Positions 37,313-49,292 of a DNA stretch of 64,000 nucleotides are shown one piece after another. Made by a program: the position numbers and the translations under genes. Positions within the stretch are counted from its first letter, which is position 1. Every line of letters starts with the position of its first letter. This DNA is from Convolutriloba macropyga (taxonomy: Eukaryota). The DNA lies in the NCBI RefSeq assembly GCF_964194025.1, contig NC_134470.1, positions 32,488,001-32,552,000 of the forward strand, read 5' to 3'. The notes under the pieces are model-generated. The model saw only the letters and a program-made list of their open reading frames with translations. It was not told where the DNA came from and ran no database searches.

Positions 37313-38000
37313 TTTCCTTTGAACACTTTCCAATTTGACTTGCCCCAAGCTGATTTTTTTTGATAAAGTGCAAGTCGAGATTGAAAGTAAATTTTAGCAA
37401 GATTTCAAAACCCCAGGTTGGGGGGGTCGATTCTTTGCCCGATCATATAGAAAAATAGGATTTAAGATTTAAAATTTTCAATATTTTACAAATTTTGTCT
37501 CCTTTGAACACTTTCCAATCTGACTTACACCAAACTGATTTTTTTGATAAGGTGCAAGTGTAGATTGAAAGTAAATTTTAGCAAGAATTCAAAACACCAG
37601 ATTGGGTGGGTCGATTTTTTGCTCGATCATATAAAAAAATAGGATTTAAGATTAAAAATTTTCGATATTTTACAAATTTTGTCTCCTTTGAACACTTTCC
37701 AATTTGACTTACCCCAAACTGATTTTTTTGATAAGGTGCAAGTGTAGATTGCAAGTAAATTTTAGCAAGATTTCAAAACCCCAGTTTGGGGGGGTCGATT
37801 TTTTGCTCGATCATATAGAAAAATAGGATTTAAGATAAAAAATTTTCGATGTTTTTCAGATTTTGTCTCCTTTGAACACTTTCCAATTTGACTTACCCCA
37901 AACTGATTTTTTTTGATAAGGTGCACGTGTAGATTGAAAGTAAATTTTTGCAAGAATTGAAAACCCCAGGTTGGGGGGGTCGATTTTTTGCTCGATCATA
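37313..38000 (+). repeat. Tandem array, ~184-bp unit, ~4 copies
   Basis: CCTTTGAACACTTTCCAAT at about 37316, 37501, 37685 and 37869. Confidence 0.9.
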
Positions 38001-38029
38001 CAGTGAAATATTTTTTAAGAATAAAGTGT

Positions 38030-38480
38030 AGATCCTAAAAATAGGGGTGTAAGAGTGTAAAAATAATTGCTACTTAATTTAAGGGTGGAAAAAAGAGTGT
38101 AATCTTTTATCCATCCACCTTAAATTACGCTGTCTTAAAAATAGGGGTGTAAGAGTGTAAAAATAATTGATACTTAATATAAGGGTGGAAATAAGAGTGT
38201 AATCTTTTATCCGTCCACCTTAATTTACACTGTCTTAAAAATAAGGGTGTAAGAGTGTAAAAATAATTGATACTTAATATAAGGGTGGAAAAAAGAGTGT
38301 AATCTATTATAATTCCACCCTTAATTACACTCTTTACAAAGAGTGTAAAAAGAGTGGACAAAAGAGTGTAATTAAAGTGTAATTTTTTAAAATTACACTC
38401 TTCCACTCTTTTCCCCGATAAATAACAGTGGAAAACGGATTACACCCTAATCCCCGCTAATTAGGGGTGGAATAGGGGTG
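38030..38480. repeat. Right subterminal repeat region (three 100-bp units plus AAGAGTGTAA motifs)
   Basis: ATA(G/A)GGGTGTAAGAGTGTAA at 38041, 38141 and 38241; same motif as the left end. Confidence 0.85.
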
Positions 38481-39249
38481 AAACCTCGACCCGGGTAATG
38501 AAAGTGGTCCTGTTTGGTTTCTCGACGACAATTGACGACAATACATTGTCGGTTGAAGTAAAAAAAAACAAAAGGTTCTGCGGTGTGATTTTATCAGCGA
38601 AACTTTAAATGAATATTGGAATTTATAAAAAGAAATTAGCAGTGAACTTCTCTCTGGTACTAGCCGCAATAAACGATATTTTCATGATTTAAAAAGGCAG
38701 ACGGTGATGGACTTCAGATACCAGATCAGCCAGCAAAATCAAGGCCAAATTAAATTGCATATTTATAGTAGCATATGTCCAGTGAGCGAAGCCAGAATCA
38801 TAAAATTCAATGTTACCACTTTATGCACATATGGAATGAACTTTATCCTTTATCATGCTACCGAATTCATTAGACAAGGACATCTACACTCATCCAAACT
38901 CAAATAATTGAGAATAAGGATAGAGCTTGAGAATAGACAAAATCAACAGCTAAATTCAAATTTGGATAACTTAATCTAATATACAAAGCTCATTAAATTG
39001 TAAATTTTCTCGAGTGGTACGTTAATTTGGTGGGGTGTCCTGTGTCCGTACATCTGTTTACTGATTAGACAGTTTAACTTTGCTATGACATCATACAGTT
39101 TTTAATTGCCTATGTTCGGATATTTTGCACTGAATTTAATAATTAATGTAAAAAATGCAGTTCAAATGTCAGTTATACAAAACCTCGACACTTGTGAGAA
39201 AAAAAAAGTTTATAAAAAGAAATCACTTATAATTGACATTTTTGCATAG

Positions 39250-39407
39250 CTTGTTTGTGGATGGAATTGAATACCTGCCTGCACCGTTCTCCTATCCTCA
39301 CACAGTGACTGGCCTCAACCCAGGGCAGATGTACACTTTTTATGCAGAGGCGGAGCAGTTCGGAGAAACAGTTCAGTCATCAGATATTGATTTGATCCTT
39401 TCAGGAG
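39250..39407 (+). CDS. Host FN3 receptor gene, exon c
   Basis: Acceptor ttgcatag, phase 2 matching exon b; TVTGLNPGQMYTFYA FN3 motif; phase-1 donor. Confidence 0.8.
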
Positions 39408-39753
39408 GTTATTTCACTAAATTGACATACTTCCTTGTACTACTTCCCGCGTTTAAAATGAAAATATAGCAGCCCGGGCCATGTCCCAAACTTGGCTGTT
39501 CAGGGGTGGGGGGATAACGTACTTACCAGCTTAAAATTGGTCGGAGTAGATTTTCTCGAAAGTTTCACTGGAAGTATTGATCATAAACGGGGAATTTTTT
39601 GTGGTCATAAGTCGGAAATGTCAGCCATTTGTTTTAGGAGTAAGCCTGACATCAATTGGATGATAAATCAAAATCCTCTTTTTGCCACTGGTCAAAACAG
39701 CCACTAAAACACCAAAGAGCTCGCGCGTTCAAATTTGTTTGGTCTGATCGGTA

Positions 39754-40151
39754 CCCTGGTTATGCGAGAATTCATAACTTGCAAGAATCTTGCCAGATTT
39801 TGAATTCATTTTGAAGGGTATTTAATTTTTTCTCCGAGATTAGCATTTCAGTTTCGAAAGTTATATGGATATGAAAAACTTAACCAAAACTTACTTCCAG
39901 TGCCAATTAATGAGCAAAAATATTTCTAAATTACTATTATGAATTAGTTCATTAAACTCATTTATAGTGTATTTCCGCACTAAAAAATTTCGACAAAAAT
40001 GATACTGCAAGTTTTGGCTTTAGAGGTTTCTTAAACTGAAGTAATTTTGATCGTTAAATTTCTGTTTGGAAAAAATATATAGCATCGTCTTCCAAGTTAA
40101 TTCAAAATCTTGCAACATTCTTGCAAGTCATCCATTCGGGCTTTACTAGGG
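39754..40151. mobile_element. Non-autonomous CMC-type MITE (~400 bp)
   Basis: CCCTGGT...ACTAGGG ends; ~53-bp imperfect TIR sharing ACTTGCAAGAAT..TGC.AGATTTTGAATT; TA/TG flanks. Confidence 0.65.
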
Positions 40152-40247
40152 TGGGAGATGAGACTGGGGAGTGTGCAAACATATGTATTGAAATTGTAAT
40201 CGAAATAGATTAGTACCATGTTAGATTATGCAAGTAAATATTTTCAG

Positions 40248-40386
40248 AAATCAAGTCACAGCCGAAATCTGAAAACAAGACCTCCGATATATCGATTGGC
40301 ATTTTGCTGGGGATTGTGTGTGCAGCAATTGCTGTGATTCTGGGCTTCATAGTCCTGGCAGTGGTTGTGCTTCGCTTCTGTGTCCT
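40248..40386 (+). CDS. Host receptor gene, exon d (transmembrane helix)
   Basis: ttttcag acceptor, gtaagt donor; ISIGILLGIVCAAIAVILGFIVLAVVVLRF; phase 1 in, phase 2 out. Confidence 0.85.
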
Positions 40387-41374
40387 GTAAGTATCTAAAG
40401 CAGTCTACGTACTAAATATCCCATGGACATATTTTCAACTTAAATGCGAGCAGAAATGAGTTTTTATTCGGCAAAGCGTTCATAAAGTTAATAACAACAG
40501 ATTATTTGAGAAATTATAGCCCCCCCACGAAGTTATAGCCCTCCACTGTATTGTGTTTACCAATGGGGGATATATGTGTTATCTGACGGGAGGGGTCCTA
40601 TATCTGTAATGGGAAAGAATGGTGTCATCAATACATCATTGATGCCCAATTAATTAGAGAACATCTATGCACTATTATGGATCTTTGCCCGAAACAGACC
40701 TTCAATGGTTAAGAGAAGAAGTGACAAAACAAAAGGAAGCAAAGAAAAGCAGTCGAATTTCAACACACAAAAAACTAAAAAACTGAGAACTGATTTATTT
40801 ATCTTAAACGCTTGTATCATCATTATTAATTCAAATAAGCAAAATGATTTCCTGAGTATACTTAAGGCGGTCAATGTGACATTCTGACGCCCAACGAAAA
40901 AGACAAAGGATCTAAAATTTCCTTCTCGAAGAATTTTTTTCTCGTAAAAAGGGTAGAGAAGGAAATTTTAGAAAAAACCCATCCCATCCAACACCCGGGA
41001 GAACACCCATTCCATCACGAGACGAGCTTCATATATTTAACTGGGCTTTCTTATTTCATTATTATTTATCTTTCCCTGTTATTTTTTCGCCCGTTTGATT
41101 ATTCACCCCTTTCTTGCGACCTGAGAATTTTTTCCGGATATGACCAAAAATTACTGGCAAATTTCGATGTTTCAACAATTTTACCTTCTTGCATTTTCCG
41201 GTAATTCCGACCGAGCGCTTTAATATCCGTTCCCAATTTTACGAAACGAGCGTAACACACACGAGCCCACCAAACACGTTTCAACAGCATTCTCTTTGTT
41301 TTTATGTCCGGAAAAACAACGACCTTATTCTGAACTATATATTTTTTCCAAATGCTATGTAGAGTCGGCATTGG

Positions 41375-41630
41375 TAGGGTATTCAGGTAGGTTTCGGTTG
41401 TTCAGGTAGCTTTCTCTGGTGTTATCAGGTAGGTTTAAGTGGTATCTGGTAGGTTATTGAATACATATCAGGTAGGTTGCAGGTAGGTCCAGGTAGGTAT
41501 TTGGTAGATTTTAGGTATTCAGCTAGTTTTTTTTCAGGTAGTTTTCAATTTGGTTTTTGGTTAGGTTTCAGGTAGGTACCTAGTAGGTTTTTAGGTATTC
41601 AGGTAGGTTTACCAGGTAGGTTTTGCAGGT
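41375..41630 (+). repeat. Degenerate CAGGTAGGT repeats in the BEL 5' UTR
   Basis: Direct reading. Confidence 0.8.
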
Positions 41631-41704
41631 TCTAACAGACTTGCTGAAAAAATTTCGTAGCGCATCGAAGAAAGAAGCTGTCTTTGTTAGACCGGTGAAA
41701 TTCA

Positions 41705-44700
41705 ATGGTTTTTACTAGAACTGGAAAATCCACAGGAAGTAACAACCAAACAATGATCTCCTCAAATTCGCAGACACAATACTCAGACGACAACACCGAA
41801 AGTCAAGAGCAGGTCTCTGAAGATCCCCATTTAAAACGTCTGACCAACTTAAAGTTGATGTACGAAAGTGAAATCGAGTCGTGCATCGAATTTATTACAT
41901 CTGGCATCGACTGCGGCGAGGACTCAGAGACAGTCGAGGAAACTCTCCTTGAAATCAAGGAACTTCAGGAGAAGTACGAACTTACAATTCATGAACTTTT
42001 AGACAAAGCACCATCATCTGATGCAGAAAATTTATGCTCTCATTTGAGCAAACTCAAATTCAAGATACGGAAGATTACTTCCGCATACCGAAAATACAAA
42101 AAGGAACTTGTGTCCGCAACACAAAGCAACCAAACAAATAACATCCCGAGGGTGACCTTTGACAACAGCAGTTATCAAACTCATACTGAGGCATCTCTAA
42201 CGACCAACATTTTCTCAGCACCCGCTGAAAACAGTTCTTACAGTGAATCCTTCCTTAACAATGCTGCCCCCAGTAGCTTAATGGGAGATTCAAACACAAT
42301 TTTGCCGCCGGCAAATTTGTCGCAACAACTCACCACCACATCTGCTGACGTATCAGGCACCAGCACCATCAACAATGCCTTGTCTGGAGTTACCTCTGGT
42401 GGCTTCAATTCCACTTCCACAAAAATCGACGGCGCATTTCCCTCATTCGATGTTTCTCATCAGGCGGCCCAAACTTCTTCTTTAAATCCGCCAATCAGAA
42501 CTTCGCAACCATCCTCTACACTTCCAGCAGTTGGTATTGTGCCTCAGACTCTTACCTCAATGTCTTCTTGTTTTCAGAAATCGGTTCCGAAGTTACAGGC
42601 AACAAAGTTTGATGGAGATCCATTAAGTTGGTTAAAGTGGTTCAGTGTGTTTCAAGCAACAATTGATCGTTCTCCAATGTCCTCTGCAGAAAAAATGATT
42701 CATCTGCAATCGCTCCTGATTGGAGAAGCAAAAGCACTGGTTGACGGCTATGGCTGCAATGGCAGTCTGTACGCACCCGCTTTAGCACGTCTGGAAGAAC
42801 ATTTTGGTAATCCGAACAGGATTGTCAATGCCTTCCTCGAAAAAGTGTCACATTTTAGACCCCCTAACCTGACAATCCCAGACAGTTATACGCAGTTCTC
42901 TGCTTTCCTTTTAACCCTTGTGGACACATTTCAGCAACTTGGATTCAACCATGACATACATTCCACTACAAATGTCAATCAAGCCTTAAACAAGCTTCCA
43001 ACACCAGTCCGCTTGGAATGGAATAAGCACGTTTTGGAAAGAAGTTTACTTCAACCATCTCTGAAAGAGCTTTCGGAGTGGCTTCTGATCTATGCAAAGG
43101 CTTGCAGAGATTTACCCACCTCTTGTGCATCAGCTCAACCTCCAAGCACTCGTTCAAAGGCCTCTAATCATTTTTGGAAGCATTCGAATCAGCAAACCCA
43201 ATTCAACCGTCCGTCCAACAGATCTCACCAGGATCAACGCACAAACCCGTCAAATAGCTTTCAACCAAGCTCTGCGAAAGGTGTCGTTTGTCCAAACAAC
43301 GGTAGCTGTCAGTATTTATACAAATGTTCTCATTTCCAAGATCTGTTTCCACTCGATAGACGAGAACACGTGAAAAAATTGAAACTATGTTTCAACTGTT
43401 TTGGTAGTCACCATGTACAACAATGCACATCAAAAAATGTTTGTCGCTCTAGAGACTGCGGCGAAAAGCACCACACAATGCTCCATGAAAGCTTCATTGC
43501 AAAAAATCAAGCAATCCGACCCTCTTCAACAGTTAAATCGGTTCAACTGCATGGCACAGGTCAAGTTGCTTTCTTACCAGTTCAACTGTCTAACGGGGAG
43601 AAAACGTTTGAGACATATGCTTATCTTGACAACGGAAGTTGCCAGAGCCTCCTCCTCCAATCCGCAGCTCTGATTCTAGGTATTGATATGAACACTTTTG
43701 GCAAGATGCCTATTAGTGGCTACCACACAACAAAAGAAATAGATTGTTCTCCAATGTCTTTAAAAATTAAACCTTATCAGTCTAATAAGACACCAGTTCT
43801 CGTAAACGAAGTCTTGGCAGTACCCGATTTGAATATGAACCCTGTTAACACTAATGAGCTGAACAAGCTTTGCAAGAAATTTGAACATCTCAATCACATT
43901 TCGTTCCCTAATGTTGATGAAAATAAAGTTTCAATAATCATCGGCATCGACAATCTTCAACTGATCCATTACAGTAAGGTGATAAACGGCCCAAAAAACA
44001 CGCCCTGGGCTGTAGAAACTCCTCTAGGATGGACATGTGCAGGTAAAACTAGCGTCACAGCAGACGAACAGAATCCAGTGTTCAAAACACAAATCAACTC
44101 TCATCCTCATCTAGACAATGAACTTTTCACAAAAGTACAACAGTGGATGAAAATTGAGAACTACGGTATAGCTTCATCAAAAAGGGCTATGTCTAAATAT
44201 GATGAAAAAGCTCTGCAAATCCTTGAGTTGACTACAAACTTTTCTGATGGTCACCACGAAATAGGCCTTCTTTGGAAGGAAAACGCCAAGTTACCAAACA
44301 ACAGATGGCTACCAGAAAAACAGTTAAAGCAATTAAACAAAAAACTCTCAACAAAACCAGATCTACAAAGTAAGTACGAGGAGACGCTCCAGAAAGATCT
44401 TCAAAATGATTATGTTGTCAAAGTTGATCCAGCTACAGACAAAGAAACAGCATGTTCTTATCTTCTTCATCATCCCGTTTCAAATGAAAACAAACCCGGA
44501 AAAATCAGGAGAGTCACCAATGCATCCAGTGTTTTTCAAGGTCAATCCTTGAATTCAAACCTTTGGAGGGACCCGATTTGTTGAGTAATCTTGTGGGAGT
44601 CATATTGAGATTCCTCGAGCAACAAGTGGCAATTTCAGCAGACATTGAGCTAATGTTTATGCAAATTAAAGTTGCTCCCTCTGATCGTGCGTTTCTTCGG

Positions 44701-47407
44701 TTTCTCTGGAATCACAATGGCAAAATCGAAGAGTATCAATACACACGTCCTATCTTCGGCGCAACATCTTCCCCATGCATAGCGTCCTACGCTCTTCGTC
44801 GTTCGGCACGTGACAATCAAGACAAATTTCCTCAAGTTTTGGACGTCATTGAGCGTAATGTTTACATGGATGACCTATATATCTCGACAGCAGACGTTGA
44901 AATTGCTGTAAACGTTATGAACAGCACCAAAGAGTGTCTTTCACTTGGTGGTTTCAACCTCACAAAGTGGAACTCTAATTCAGACGAGTTCTTGAAAAAC
45001 GTCGCAAACGAAAATCTTTTGAAGCCTGATCTACCATCACCTCAACCTCAAAAAGTTTTGGGTTTACCGTGGAACGCGAGCACGGACGAGTACATCATTG
45101 ACAGAAGGCTTTTCAAAAGGTTCCCCAATGATCAATTCACAACACAGAGGAAACTTTTGAAGTTCGTCGCTTCATTTTTTGATCCCCTTGGCGTTATAGC
45201 CCCTATAACAATCAGAGTGAGGAAAATATTGCAAGCGATTTGGAATAAAGGTCCACAATGGGACGCACCTCTGGACGTTCAGCAGTTCTCAGACTTTCTC
45301 CAATTCAAAAACGAACTTCCAACTTATCAGAATATCAGCATTCCAAGTGCTCTCTTCCGTAGAAACACGAAAATTCAGTCAACAGCTCTTCACACGTTCA
45401 CAGACGCTTCAGAGTATGCTCTATCAGCAGTGTCTTGTCTAAGAACTGAGTATGTTGATAAAACAGTTGATGTAGTGTTCATGATGGGCAAAGCCAGAGT
45501 AGCTCCGATCAAGAGGATGACTATTCCAAACCTGGAGTTGCAAGCGGCAGTTTATGGCGCGCAATTAGCTCAGTTTATCAAAGAACAGCAAGATTTGGAA
45601 ATCGGAAATTACTTTTTCTGGTCCGATAGTACAACTGTACTCCATTGGTTGAGAACTCCAGAAATGCGGCATTGAATTTTCGTTGCCAATAGACTAGCAA
45701 AGATTCTCGACGCCTCTTCATCTCTCAATTGGCGCTACATCGCTTCTTCTGATAATCCCGCTGATGACGGCTCAAGAGGCTATGAGGTTCGACAGATGAA
45801 TGCAACTTCTCGTTGGTTGAGTGGACCATCATTTCTCCGCTCCGGAGAAAAAGAGTGGACTTGTCAAGATCTCTTGAAGCATAACCCACTGGTATTCTCA
45901 ATACAGCCAATGGAAGCCCCTAAACCGTCAACTGAAGGGTGTGTAATAGATATTACACGTTTTAGCAACTGGAATCGGTTGATAAGAGTGACTTCGTACT
46001 GCTTCTTTTTCCGCGACCTTTGCAAGAAGCTAAGCAAACATTTGGCTCTCTCTCATCATACTTTTGCGTACAGGTATCTGATCCAGGTATCGCAGATTGA
46101 AAATTTTGCAGACGAAATGTCTGCTCTACGTAAGGGAAAGGAAATTTCAGCATCAAGTCGTTTGAAAGACCTTTGTCCGTATGTTGAAAATAATGATCAG
46201 CTCCGCCCCAAAGGTCGGTTGTCCAAGGCAATGGTTTTGGAGACTGCCCGACACCCAATCATTCTGGATGGTCTAAACAGAAATTGTGAAGCTGCTCATC
46301 AAAAATTTTCACCTTACTAACACTCACTCAGGAGTTGAACAAACCCGCTGCCTCCTTATGCAATACTTTTGGATTTTGAAATGCCGAGCTGTCGTTAGGC
46401 AGACAGTCCGCCAATGCATTCCTTGTCGGCGAATGATACAGGAAATCCAGCAACCTCAAATGTCTGATCTACCATGCGAGCGGTTACCAAGTGAGCACCA
46501 CTTTGTCTTTGCGACGACAGGACTCGACTTCATAGGTCCTTTCCCCGTATCTCAATGCGGCAGACACGCTACACGCTACGTACTTCTGTTCACCTGCTTG
46601 GTGGTAAGAGCAGTTCACTTGGAGATAGCAGAAAACCTGTCTACAGATTCAACAATGAATTGCATCCGCAGATTCATTAGTCGCCGCGGAAAGCCAAAAA
46701 CATTTCTCTCCGACAACGGGAAAACTTTTGTCAGCTCTTGTTCGGGACTAAAGAAAGGTATCGAAGCACTCAGAGCATCAAAAGAATTTGCCTCAAAACT
46801 CCATATTCTTGATATTGAAATTGAATGGAAGTTTAATCCTCCCCTTGCACCACATTTTGGTGGCAGTTGGGAAAGGTTAATTCAGGTGTTCAAACTGTCT
46901 TTGCACAAGGTCATTGGATCAAGAACACTAACACATGAAACGTTGTCTACCTTCACTTGCGAAATAGAATCTAACATGAACTCTCGTCCCCTCACATACA
47001 CTTCGAGTGACATTAATGATCCACTTCCCCTAACACCAAACCATTTCCTTTTGGGCAGACCCACTGTTAATTTTCCACCTGGTGTTTTTTCCGAGAGAAA
47101 GATTACAATCTCAAAGTCTTGGAGAACTTCACAACACTTGGCCGAACACTTCTGGAACAGATTTCTTAGAGAATATATCCCAAACCAGCAGAAACGTTCG
47201 AAATGGACTAAAGGTTGTCCGAATTTACAAGTAGGCGATCTAGTTTGGGTTTTAGAGGATTTCACGCCTCGAGGTCTTTGGCCACTGGCCAAAGTCATTG
47301 AAGTATATCCTAGTTCGGACCAAATTGTCAGATCCGTTAAACTAAAAACCGCATTTGGGGAAAAAATTCGCCCTGTTGTTAAATTAAGCAAAGTTCTAGC
47401 TGACTAA
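41705..47407 (+). pseudogene. gag-pol: BEL/Pao Gag-Pol polyprotein (DUF1759-type gag, Zn knuckles, protease LDNGS, RT YMDD, Pao RNase H, integrase)
   Basis: FDGDPLSWLKW, CFNCFGSHH, LDNGSCQS, NVYMDD, FTDASEYA, GLDFIGP, SDNG, GGSWERL. Broken by frameshifts at ~44565 and ~46280 and a TGA at 45673. Confidence 0.95.
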
Positions 47408-48599
47408 TTTTTATCAATGATTCAAACACCGATTTACAAGGTTCGGCTCTTTGTAAGTTCTGGTATTAGAAAAAGAACAATTTTTTAATGACAATTTGTA
47501 CTCAAATTTTGCTTTTTCTGCGCGGGTAGAAAAATTGCTACACCGTAGCAACCTGTTACTCCCCTCAGAGCGTTCGGACATCTTTATTTTGACCTCCTCA
47601 TTAAATTTTCTGGGGAACCGCAGTTTTTGCGAAATGTTTACTTTATTTTTTGCGTTTATCGGTTTATTACGCCTTTTAACCGCTTATTCTCACGTACTTC
47701 GTTTATCTTCGCAAAAACGTTCATTGAAATCCGTAAGTTGATTTTCTTGCGCAACGTCAGTTATTCGTTTATCTCGAAACTTGTTTCTTTGTTAATGGGT
47801 CACCATGTTTGCATTTTCAACCAAGAATTGTCTTTAATTTTATGGACTTACTTTACTATTCTTTGCAATCCTGCAAATGGGGCCGGCTATGTCATCAATA
47901 CATCATTGATGCCCAATTTATTAGAGAACATCTATGCACTATTATGGATCTTTGCCCGAAACAGACCTTCAATGGTTAAGAGAAGAATTGACAAAACCAT
48001 AGGAAGCAAAGAAAAGCAGTCGAACTTCAACACACAAAAAACTAAAAAACTGAGAACTGATTTAATTATCTTAAACGCTTGTATCATCATTATTAATTCA
48101 AATAAGCAAAATGATTTCCTGAGTATACTTAAGGCGGTCAATGTGACAAATGGAAACATGTTGTTGTCTTGACTGATGTTTGATTTGTTTGAGAAGGGAT
48201 TTATACTATATGTTGAGAAAGTATTATACTCTCTCCTACGTTGAGTTTAATGTCTGCTGTGTTGCTGTGTTTAAACTGGAGATTCAATGACTCAGAACTG
48301 AGTAGAATTCTTTTTTAATGCCGCTGTGGTGAGACACTCTGTGGGTGGACCCGGGTTTTGACATCGTACTTCCTTTTTGACGTTCCTTTTTGACTGCTTT
48401 TTTCGGTAGATCATTTCATATCCTATTTCAATTTGTGATTTTTGGTAGGCTTTTCAGCTCAGGGAAATTTTTACAAAATTTTTGAAATGAGCAGTCCGGC
48501 AAGAACAGTTACTGAATGTGGAAAGTGTTAAACGTTATCTATTTTTTAAACAAATTGAGCCAAAGATAATGTATCCATTGAATTTCCAATTTCAATGCC

Positions 48600-49292
48600 C
48601 CACAGTTTCTGTGGAAGAATTTGAAAAAAAAAATTCTGATGAAGTAAAATGTGCTCCTTCCAAAACGACTTTTTTAAAAGTGTGTGATCCATATAAAAGG
48701 TATGATGAGCATTGAGAAATTGCCATTTTATTAAAAACTACCCTCCGCTGTCTTTCATTTTCAGATTTCAGGTCGGTCGGTTTGTTCGGTTCCGACAGCT
48801 TGCAGTCTTAGCTTATTTTTGTTCCGATAACATGAATTTTTGGTTGTCTTTACAATATCTAATTTTTTGCATCGCAAGCAATGGAGGGTAATCCAATCAA
48901 GTCTTTGTTTTCTTTTAAACTGTCACAAATGTCTTTCCAATTTCTGCGTTTCGCAAAATCTTTCCAATTTTATGAGTGAATTCGCCTGTGTTGTTATATC
49001 ATGTTAGCAAATACGTATCTCCACCGAATTCAAGAAAATCAAGTCTTTCATTTTTTTTAAAAATTTTATAAAACTAGTGAGCTATGTTTAAAAAAATTCA
49101 TTGCCCAATTTGCCATGAAATACTTCAGGATTGAATTTTTTTTAGTTGCGCTCGGAAGCGGAATTCTTGAAAGTGGTCACAATTCACTCAACAGCATCTT
49201 AAGAGTTTAACTCCCAACGAACAACTAAGAAAATATGTAAAGAAGACATAGCTTGATGAGTGTTATGAAGTTGCGAATAAGCTGACCTCACA
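48600..49292 (+). repeat. Dispersed repeat; direct copy at ~52960-53652
   Basis: Shared AAAAGTGTGTGATCCA, GGAGGGTAATCCAAT, CAGCTTGATGAGTGT and AAGCTGACCTCACA blocks. Confidence 0.8.

Larger units (their letters stand above)
16038..38495 (-). mobile_element. ~22.5-kb CMC/EnSpm (CACTA-superfamily) DNA transposon or nested composite
   Basis: TIRs CTCGGGTCGAGGTTT (16038-16052) and AAACCTCGACCCGGG (38481-38495), 14/15 match, TA on both flanks. Dense TTTACACTCTT/AAGAGTGTAAA subterminal repeats at both ends; EnSpm-type transposase inside. Confidence 0.75.
40623..48148 (+). mobile_element. BEL/Pao LTR retrotransposon, full length
   Basis: 259-bp LTRs at 40623-40881 and 47890-48148 (6 mismatches by eye). 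TSD AATGG. PBS TGACGCCCAACG (tRNA-Lys-like); PPT GGGGCCGG. Confidence 0.97.

Noticed and set aside
44560-44590. Programmed gag-pol frameshift in the BEL element
   Set aside because: The break lies inside RT (LxxGPDL), and BEL elements normally have one ORF; it is a mutation or sequencing indel.
46882-48172. Antisense 169-aa ORF and 181-aa ORF (possible env) near the BEL 3' end
   Set aside because: One is the shadow of integrase; the other runs through the LTR with a non-ATG start and no env features.
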